Below, piece after piece: positions 27,706 to 37,200 of a DNA stretch of 64,000 nt. How positions within the stretch are numbered: the stretch's first letter is position 1; every line of letters begins with the position of its first letter. The DNA comes from Squalus acanthias (lineage: Eukaryota). The notes under the pieces were generated by a model that saw nothing but the letters and a program-made list of their open reading frames with translations, did not search any database and was not told where the DNA came from. Location of the stretch: contig CM059432.1 of NCBI GenBank assembly GCA_030390025.1, positions 141,672,001 through 141,736,000 of the forward strand. The letters are read 5' to 3'. Made by a program: the position numbers and the translations under genes.

Positions 27706-28228
27706 TCTTGAACAGTGTGCAATAAGCACAGAGGGCATTTGTGGGTACTTAATTACACACCATGACTTGAGCACAAGATCTAGGCTGCCACTCCAGTGCG
27801 GTACAGAAGGAGCGCGGCACTGTCTGAGGGATATAACGATGGGTGTTCCCGGGTGTGGTATTACACTTTGAACGTTCAAGGGGATCTCGAAGAAACTGAC
27901 TGTATGTTACAGGAGCCATCGCTCCCAATGGTACCTCGGGGTTCTGACTGATACCAGCTTCAGTGTGATCACAGTCCCTCAGAGAAGGCACAACGGGCGT
28001 TTGGGCCTTTCGCATCTTTCTTCAATGATAGCGAAGTCCCAATGTAGAGTAAGCTTGTGGCATATAAAACACATACCACGTACAGTCCTGCTGTGTACAC
28101 TCCCTGTGTATTACCACAAAATCAGGAGTCAACAGTAATTGTGTGTTTAAATACCTGTAACTGTGGATTCTGTGTTAAATAGATGTTCACTGTGAATTGC
28201 TTGTGCTCAAATAGATGTTAACTACACA

Positions 28229-28994
28229 CTGGCCCGGATTTTGCGGTCATCGACGAAGGAATGGCGCTCGCCGTTCATCACTCTTACAGCTGTCCACAGA
28301 TTTTCCACGGGCTTTTGAGTGGCAACTTACAGTATTTAGCGATCCTTTTCAGCGTGGTGCCCTCTACAGGGGATCTGTGGCATGTGTGAGTAGGACAAGC
28401 AACAGCGTGGCTCTTCAACCAATCAGATTGAAGAATCCTCACTGAGCCACAGAGTCTAAACCAGGAAGTATAAATTAGAATTTTTAATTCATTGTAAAAT
28501 CATGTACAGAAAGCGAAGGAAAGAAAGATGGGATTAAGAGAGATAGATAAAAGAGAAAGAAAAAGTAAAAAAAAAGTTATTTTAATTTTTAATAAATCTC
28601 CAACAATTACATTCTGAAGGAATGAGACTCCACACTTGTAAAATAAAATTTTCAGGGCCAGAGAGGTTGTTTGGCAGTAATTAAGACTTATCACACTGTT
28701 AAAAACTCACATACACCTGAATGCACCAGCCCTAATTTTTTCTGCGGTGTTTAGTGGGTAATTTGTGGGTAAGTACAGCAACTTCATGCCCTTACATGGA
28801 TTTCAATGCCGAGTCTCTCTGCAAGGTACCGGTGGAGCGCAGTTTGTGGAGGAGAGGGCAAATCGGACAGCAACTTCCGGATTTCTGCATTTAACTGCGC
28901 ATGTGCAGACTACGGAAGTTGCTGTCCAATTTACTCCTTAATAACGGTGATTACTGATAGCCTCACTGTTATTCTTAATGCAAAATCCAGGTCA
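28229..28994. mobile_element. Non-autonomous DNA transposon (MITE-like) with GGCCYGGATTTTGC-type termini
   Basis: Left end ggcccggattttgc; right end gcaaaatccaggtc. Related ends occur at 1-26, 7068-7170 and from 63382. Confidence 0.55.
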
Positions 28995-30039
28995 TTGTGT
29001 TTAAATACCTGTTAACTATATATTGTGTGTATTTAAAAACATACTAACGGCACAATGTGCATGCTTACATACCTGTTTCTGCTGCTGGGTATTAACTGTC
29101 CATTGTGACAAACCAGCTTCTGCCTGTTCCTCTGGCAAGAGATGACAAAGTTGGGACCAAGTTAAAGGGTTCACAGGGCTTTCAGCCACCTCGTACCAAG
29201 AAAGACATCACCATGGATTGAGCTGATCCCGGAGGTGAAGCTTGAATGAGGGAGAGAAAAGGTCATCAGATGCAGGTCCCAGCAGAACAGCCGTGCATTC
29301 ACAGAGCAATTTAGCGAAGAAATTGAGCTTTATTGCTTCAAATAGAGTGCCATACTGGGGGGGGGGGGGGGGGGAAATGTGTCATGCCAAAGGCCTTACA
29401 AGGTGGTGCCATGCCAAGGGTCGTACCGGGGGGGTGGGGGAAGTGTCAGGCCAACGGCTGCAAGAGGGACATCACGCAGATCACCGTACAAAGATCACAC
29501 CAAGGCCATATGGGGGGGGGGGGGGGGTCACGCAGACCGCCATATGAGGGTGGAGGGTCTTGCCGAGGGCCGTACACCGCTTTATGTCTGAATAAACACT
29601 CGAATTGGGGAGGTAATAACCAGCTGCTTTCATTTCCAGATCCTCTAGAGTATTCCCTCAAAGCAATACAAGAGAGAGAGTGTAATTGCTACAGTTTGCT
29701 TACTCCCATCACCGGGCAATCCAGTGTTCAGTTAGCAAGATACAAGTACCATACACATCACACAGCTGAGTGTGAAAACACTTGTAATAAACTCAACCCC
29801 GCCCCTGACCAGATTCTAATCGGGTATTTTAACCCATAGTAGAATGATTCCAAAGTCATTGTTATAAGCATTCTTCCAATTCAGTATCTTGCTGTATCAT
29901 TTGGCTTCCCTGTACTAATTAATCTGCAAATAAATCTGGCTAACAGTTTTAACTTGTACACATTGGTCAGTCAGTGTATCTTTCTGTCTATTTAAAGAGA
30001 TAGGAGAATACGGTGGGCATCATCCCACATGATCTTCAA

Positions 30040-31215
30040 CGAGGAGGTAACTGACGTGTCTATGGATATCGTTTATATGGACTTCCAGAAGGCATTTGAC
30101 AAGGATCCATATAAGAGACTGTTAACAAAGATGAGAGCACATGGAATTGGAGGCAACCTATTGGCTTGGATAGGGAATTGGTTAGGAGGTAGGAGACAGA
30201 GAGTAGGGATAATGGTTATGTACTCAAATTGGCAGGACGTGACTAGTGGTGTCCCTCAGAGCTCTGTACTGGGGCCGCAGCTTTTCACTAGATTTATAAA
30301 CGCCTTGGATGAAGGAAGAGAGAGCTGTATATCCAAGTTTGCTGACGACACTAAGTTACGTGGCACAGTAAATAATGTAGGCACGAGCAGAAAGTTGCAA
30401 AGGAACATTGATAGACTAAGGTGAGTGGGCAAAACTATGGCAGATGGAGTTCAATGTGGGAAACTGTGAGGTCATCCACTTTTTCTAAATGGCGAGAAGC
30501 TAGGAACTGTGGACGAGCAGAGAGATTTAGGGGTCTAACAGAAATCACTAAAAGCTAGTGGACAGGTACAAAATTTTTTTTTTAAATAATGGAATGTTGG
30601 CCTTTATCTTAAGAGGGCTGGAATACAAAGGGGTGGAAGTCATGTTACAGCTGTACAAAGCCTTGGTTAGACCCCATCTAGAGTTCTGCATTCAGTTCTG
30701 GGCACTGCACCTCAGGAAGGATATATTGGCCTTGGAGGGGGTGCAGCGCAGATTCACCAGAATGATACCAGGGCTAAAAGGGTTAAATTATGAGGACTGG
30801 TTGCATAGACTAGGCTTGTATTCCCTTGAATATAGAAGATTAAGGGGTGATCTAATTGAGGTGTTTCAGATGATTAAAGGATTCGATAGGGTGGATAGAG
30901 CAAAATTATTTCCTCTGATGAGGGAGTCCAGAACAAGGGGGCAAAACCTTAAAATTAGAGCCAGGCCGTTCAGGGGTGATGTCAGGAAGCACTTCTTCAC
31001 ACAAAGGGTAGTGGAAATCTGGAACTCTCTCACCCCAAATGGCTGGGGGTTAATTGAAAATTTCAAAACTGAGATAGATAGATTTTTGTTAGGAAAGGGT
31101 ATTAAGGGTTACGGAACCAAGGCAGGTAAATGGAGTTAAGATACAGATCAGCCATGATCTAAAAGAATGGCGGAACAGGCTCGAGATGCTGAATGACCTA
31201 CTCCTGTTCCTATGA
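30040..31215 (+). mobile_element. CR1 RT-to-3' fragment
   Basis: [20 protein letters not shown] and KFADDTKL motifs, plus 3'UTR. Confidence 0.9.
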
Positions 31216-31323
31216 GCTACATACCACAGCTGGGAGTTAACTGTTAAAACTGGGCACACTACCCATACATGGCAAGTATAAGGGCACAGGTTTTGTATTG
31301 TGCGAGACTTGGAGGGTGAAATA

Positions 31324-31851
31324 CGAACATATGAATTAGGAGCAGGAGTAGGCCACTCGGCCCTTCGAGCCTCCTCCGCCATTCAATAAGATCATGGCTG
31401 ATCCGATTACTCCACATTCCCGCCTACCCCCGATAACTTTTCACCCCCTTGCTTACCAAGAATCTATCTACCTCTGCCTTAAAAATATTCAAAGACTCTG
31501 CTTCCACCGCCCTCTGAGGAAGAGAGTTCCAAAGACTCACGACCCTCTGTGAGAAAACATTTCTCCTCATCTCTGTCTTAAATGGGCGACCCCTTATTTT
31601 TAAACAGAGACTCCTAGTTCTAGATTCTCCCACAAGAGGAAACATCCTCTCCACATCCACCCTGTCCAGATCCCTCAGAATCTTATATGTTTCAATCAAG
31701 TCACCTCTTACTCTTCTAAACTCCAGCAGATACAAGCCTAGCCTATCCAACCTTTCCTCATAAGACAACCCGCCCATTCCAGGTATTAGTCTAGTAAACC
31801 TTCTCTGAACTGCTTCTAACGCATTTACATCCTTCCTTAAATAAGGAGACC
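31324..31851 (-). mobile_element. CR1 3' fragment inserted in the left end of a palindromic MITE
   Basis: CR1 C-terminus and 3'UTR, flanked by GAAAT on both sides. Confidence 0.85.
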
Positions 31852-32036
31852 AGAAATTGGTCCTGGCCGGTAGTGCAAAAGGGGCGATAGTGAATCGGCA
31901 GCCTGTTTTACACCCAGCGCAATTTTCTGTTCCACTGAAGTCAACGGGAAAGTAAATCGGGCGGGGTATAAAATATGCTGTCGATTCGCTCGCTATAGCC
32001 CATTATGTGCTACCGCCCAAGGACAATTTCAACCTC
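31852..32036. mobile_element. Palindromic MITE (left tip probably displaced to ~31312-31322)
   Basis: Imperfect ~85-bp inverted arms around CCACTGAAGTCAACGG; the right end AATTTCAACCTC mirrors GAGGGTGAAAT at 31312. Confidence 0.6.
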
Positions 32037-32091
32037 TTAAATCGGTTTACCGAAACCACCTTCTTTCCATGAACGCAAAAGTATGGGAAAC

Positions 32092-32400
32092 GAAAGACTT
32101 GCATTTATATAGCGCCTTTCATGACCTCAGGTTGAGGACTAAATATTTGCCAGGACATTAGGGAGCACTCCCCTGCTCTTCTTCAAAATAGTGCCATGGA
32201 ATCGTTTACCGAGAGGGCAGGCAGGGGCTTGGTTTAACATCTCATCCAAAAGATGGCACCTCCGACAATGTAGCTCTCCCTCAGCACTGCACTGGGAGTT
32301 GTCAGCCTGGATTTTTGTGCTCAAGTCTCTGGAGTGGGACTTGAACCCGCAACCTTCTGACTCAGAGGCGAGGGTGCTACCCACTGAGCCACAGCTGACA
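32092..32400 (-). mobile_element. DeuSINE, internally deleted
   Basis: tRNA head, core and tail. Confidence 0.8.
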
Positions 32401-32800
32401 GGCAAGGCTGGCAAGAAATCCTGGAACCGGTCACATGTTTAGACTGTGATGACTTCCATAAATAAAACACTCACACAGTCCAGATTCAGATATGAAGACT
32501 ACCAGCAACCTACTTTGAACCTCAGCAAAATGTCACTGCCTTTTGCTGAGAGGAGAAAATTATACCAATCAAATGCCCATCATGGACTGTGAAAGAGAGG
32601 GGGGAAAAAAATCACACTTACACCCAGTACACATCATTTGCACATCATCATTTTTTTTTAAATGGGGACTGGAGAGAGAAAAGCAAGGATGATTGTAGGC
32701 TGGAGATTAGAGACCGATTTTGGGTAGCAAAAAATAAATCACAAATATACCATTTATATGCTTTAGTCAGTTTCTCTCTTACTCAACCATCAGAATTTAA

Positions 32801-32998
32801 TGTGAGAAGTCGCACAACACCAGGTTATAGTCCAACAGCTTTATTTGAAATCACAAGCTTTCGGAGCGCTGCTCCTTTGTCAGGTGAAGACTTCACCTGA
32901 CGAAGGAGCAGCCGCTCCGAAAGCTTGTGATTTCAAATAAAGCTGTTGGACTATAACCTGGTGTTGTGCGACTTCTCACATTTGTCCACCCCAGTCCA
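32801..32998. mobile_element. Penelope-like element, inverted (hairpin) terminal repeats, family A
   Basis: Arms of ~90 bp (32799-32889 / 32891-32982) differ by 1 mismatch and 1 indel. 13-bp TSD CATCAGAATTTAA at 32788-32800 and 32999-33011. Confidence 0.8.
32892..32931 (+). ncRNA. Minimal type I hammerhead ribozyme motif (Penelope type)
   Basis: TCAC-CTGACGA-A-GGAGC(agcc)GCTCC-GAAA-GCTT-GTGA: conserved CUGANGA and GAAA boxes, stem II, stem I TCAC/GTGA, and palindromic AAGCTT in place of stem III. Confidence 0.7.
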
Positions 32999-33893
32999 CA
33001 TCAGAATTTAACACTTGCCCATATAACAGCTGTGACTACTCCACTTTAAAATAATTCATCAAATCCCAAGTGCTTTGGGACTTTGAAAGTGTGCTAGGAC
33101 ACTATATTTGCAAGTTCTTTAAAAGGATCTCTTGTGGCTTTGCAATTGGGTGGTCTCAAGTCTGGAGCACAGCTGTGAAGTTTAGCTGTTAACCTGGCAT
33201 GTCCCTTTAATACTACTGCTGTAAACAGGCAAATCTGTGTCATTAAATACAAGTGACTGAAAACTGCTGAGATCAGAGGGTAGCTTTAACTGCTTGTAAG
33301 TTTCAGGCTGCAGGCCAATGACTGGCTTTTTAAAAAAAAAAGTATTGTCTTTTGATCTATCACTCTTTGTCACAGATGCACAGTGGAGTCAAAACATTGA
33401 ATATAACAATTCTCATATTTTAAATTACAGAATTATGGGGCTCGTATTTTTCTCAGCACTCCCCCCTTCCACTCCACTCACATGAAGTAAGTGTAGCACC
33501 AGGTGCAAGAGAGAGCGAGTGGGAGGCAATAATCTGCTCGGGCCTCCGGCAGTGGGTGCTCTGTAAAAAGCACCAGGTGTGTGAGTGGGCCGCTCTGACT
33601 CACACATTTTCTTTCCTTCTCCATCTGAGGCAGCATCCAGCTTTGATTGGCACAGGCCGGGGTGATATTTTTTAACAACAGGCCATGATATCTATCAACC
33701 AGCGCGAATTCAGCACAAAAAATACACAAGGTATCAAAAACATATACATTGTATCATAGATGTGCACTGTATCAGATATACACTTTGTATCTGTGATTAT
33801 ATACTGTATCAAAAAAAATACATTGTATCAAATACATCATGCCGCCATTTATTGTATCTCTTTCACGAACAGAGTCTCCGCCTGCTTCCTTAC

Positions 33894-34110
33894 ACTTACT
33901 TCTGGTTCGTACAGTGTGCCAGCGCTTGTGCTCACTGACCGCCGCTACACACTGACAATCCCGGGCCCGGCCCGACGCCGCTTCCACAATACAACCTCCT
34001 GCCTCGGACACGTCACACGTCGCGGCACGGACCTCCTGCTCTGCTGAAATAGGAGGGGGATTCAATTATCGAAACAGCCGCTGCACTGCGCTGTCTGGTG
34101 TGTTCTCGAG
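33894..34110 (-). promoter_or_regulatory. Putative POMGNT2 non-coding exon 1 and CpG-rich promoter
   Basis: Non-repetitive CpG-dense patch. Strong minus-strand donor GAA|GTAAGT (intron begins 33899). GGAAGCGG and GTGACGTG (CRE/E-box-like) motifs near 33978-34020. Would give a ~20-kb intron. Confidence 0.55.
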
Positions 34111-34234
34111 TTGCACACTGCTGTGTTTATACTGCATCCTATAGTTTTATAGAGGTGAGAAAGGCTGTATTGGCCATAATGTTAATCGAGAAAAGAAACA
34201 TCTCTCTCGACCCCTCCACTGCCTCTGTGTTGTC

Positions 34235-37200
34235 AAAAGCGAGAAGTCGCACAACACCAGGTTATAGTCGGAGGATCTCCTCGTAGGACTGCTCCTGGGC
34301 CTGGCCAAGAAAGCCATTAATTGGTCCAGGCAGCGGGCGGTCGAGGGGGTCGTTCGGCCCGATTGCCTGCCTCTCTTCCGCGGCCATGTTCGCGCCCGGG
34401 TGGCCCTGGAGATGGAGCACGCGGTGTCCGCCGGCACGCTTGAGTTTTTCCGCGACCGGTGGGCGCCGCGGGGACTGGAGTGCATCGTCACCCCGGACTT
34501 CCAAATTTTGATTTGATTTGTTAAGTTTCATTTCAAGTTTTAATTGATTTACAGTAAATTTTGATTTGACAAACCAAAAAGAGCAACACCAGGTTATAGT
34601 CGGAGGATCTCCTCGTAGGACTGCTCCTGGGCCTGGCCAAGAAAGCCATTAATTGGTCCAGGCAGCGGGCGGTCGAGGGGGTCGTTCGGCCCGATTGCCT
34701 GCCTCTCTTCCGCGGCCATGTTCGCGCCCGGGTGGCCCTGGAGATGGAGCACGCGGTGTCCGCCGGCACGCTTGAGTTTTTCCGCGACCGGTGGGCGCCG
34801 CGGGGACTGGAGTGCATCGTCACCCCGGACTTTCAAATTTTAATTTGATTTATTAAGTTTCATTTCAAGTTTTAATTGATTTACAGTAAATTTGCGTTCT
34901 GTCAAACCAAAAAGATCAACACCAGGTTATAGTCGGAGGATCTCCTCGTAGGACTGCTCCTGGGCCTGGCCAAGAAAGCCATTAATTGGTCCAGGCAGCG
35001 GGCGGTCGAGGGGGTCGTTCGGCCCGATTGCCTGCCTCTCTTCCGCGGCCATGTTCGCGCCCGGGTGGCCCTGGAGATGGAGCACGCGGTGTCCGCCGGC
35101 ACGCTTGAGTTTTTCCGCGACCGGTGGGCGCCGCGGGGACTGGAGTGCATCGTCACCCCGGACTTCCAAATTTTGATTTGATTTGTTAAGTTTCATTTCA
35201 AGTTTTAATTGATTTACAGTAAATTTTGATTTGACAAACCAAAAAGAGCAACACCAGGTTATAGTCGGAGGATCTCCTCGTAGGACTGCTCCTGGGCCTG
35301 GCCAAGAAAGCCATTAATTGGTCCAGGCAGCGGGCGGTCGAGGGGGTCGTTCGGCCCGATTGCCTGCCTCTCTTCCGCGGCCATGTTCGCGCCCGGGTGG
35401 CCCTGGAGATGGAGCACGCGGTGTCCGCCGGCACGCTTGAGTTTTTCCGCGACCGGTGGGCGCCGCGGGGACTGGAGTGCATCGTCACCCCGGACTTCCA
35501 AATTTTGATTTGATTTGTTAAGTTTCATTTCAAGTTTTAATTGATTTACAGTAAATTTGCGTTCTGTCAAACCAAAAAGATGAACACCAGGTTATAGTCG
35601 GAGGATCTCCTCGTAGGACTGCTCCTGGGCCTGGCCAAGAAAGCCATTAATTGGTCCAGGCAGCGGGCGGTCGAGGGGGTCGTTCGGCCCGATTGCCTGC
35701 CTCTCTTCCGCGGCCATGTTCGCGCCCGGGTGGCCCTGGAGATGGAGCACGCGGTGTCCGCCGGCACGCTTGAGTTTTTCCGCGACCGGTGGGCGCCGCG
35801 GGGACTGGAGTGCATCGTCACCCCGGACTTTCAAATTTTAATTTGATTTATTAAGTTTCATTTCAAGTTTTAATTGATTTACAGTAAATTTGCGTTCTGT
35901 CAAACCAAAAAGATCAACACCAGGTTATAGTCGGAGGACCTCCTCGTAGGACTGCTCCTGGGCCTGGCCAAGAAAGCCATTAATTGGTCCAGGCAGCGAG
36001 CGGTCGAGGGGGTCGTTCGGCCCGATTGCCTGCCTCTCTTCCGCGGCCATGTTCGCGCCCGGGTGGCCCTGGAGATGGAGCACGCGGTGTCCGCCGGCAC
36101 GCTTGAGTTTTTCCGCGACCGGTGGGCGCCGCGGGGACTGGAGTGCATCGTCACCCCGGACTTCCAAATTTTGATTTGATTTGTTACGTTTCATTTAAAG
36201 TTTTAATTGATTTACAGTAAATTTTGATTTGACAAACCAAAAAGAGCAACACCAGGTTATAGTCGGAGGACCTCCTCGTAGGACTGCTCCTGGGCCTGGC
36301 CAAGAAAGCCATTAATTGGTCCAGGCAGCGAGCGGTCGGGGGGTCGTTCGGCCCGATTGCCTGCCTCTCTTCCGCGGCCATGTTCGCGCCCGGGTGGCCC
36401 TGGAGATGGAGCACGCGGTGTCCGCCGGCACGCTTGAGTTTTTCTGCGACCGGTGGGCGCCGCGGGGACTGGAGTGCATCGTCACCCCGGACTTTCAAAT
36501 TTTGATTTGATTTGTTAAGTTTCATTTAAAGTTTTAATTGATTTACAGTAAATTTGTGTTCTGTCCAACCAAAAAGATCAACACCAGGTTATAGTCGGAG
36601 GACCTCCTCGTAGGACTGCTCCTGGGCCTGGCCAAGAAAGCCATTAATTGGTCCAGGCAGCGAGCGGTCGAGGGGGTCGTTCGGCCCGATTGCCTGCCTC
36701 TCTTCCGCGGCCATGTTCGCGCCCGGGTGGCCCTGGAGATGGAGCACGCGGTGTCCGCCGGTACGCTTGAGTTTTTCCGCGACCGGTGGGCGCCGCGGGG
36801 ACTGGAGTGCATCGTCACCCCGGACTTCCAAATTTTGATTTGATTTATTAAGTTTCATTTAAAGTTTTAATTGATTTACAGTAAATTTTGATTTGTCCAA
36901 CCTGATTTGTCCAACCAAAAAGATCAACACCAGGTTATAGTCGGAGGACCTCCTCGTAGGACTGCTCCTGGGCCTGGCCAAGAAAGCCATTAATTGGTCC
37001 AGGCAGCGAGCGGTCGAGGGGGTCGTTCGGCCCGATTGCCTGCCTCTCTTCCGCGGCCATGTTCGCGCCCGGGTGGCCCTGGAGATGGAGCACGCGGTGT
37101 CCGCCGGCACGCTTGAGTTTTTCCGCGACCGGTGGGCGCCGCGGGGACTGGAGTGCATCGTCACCCCGGACTTCCAAATTTTGATTTGATTTGTTAAGTT

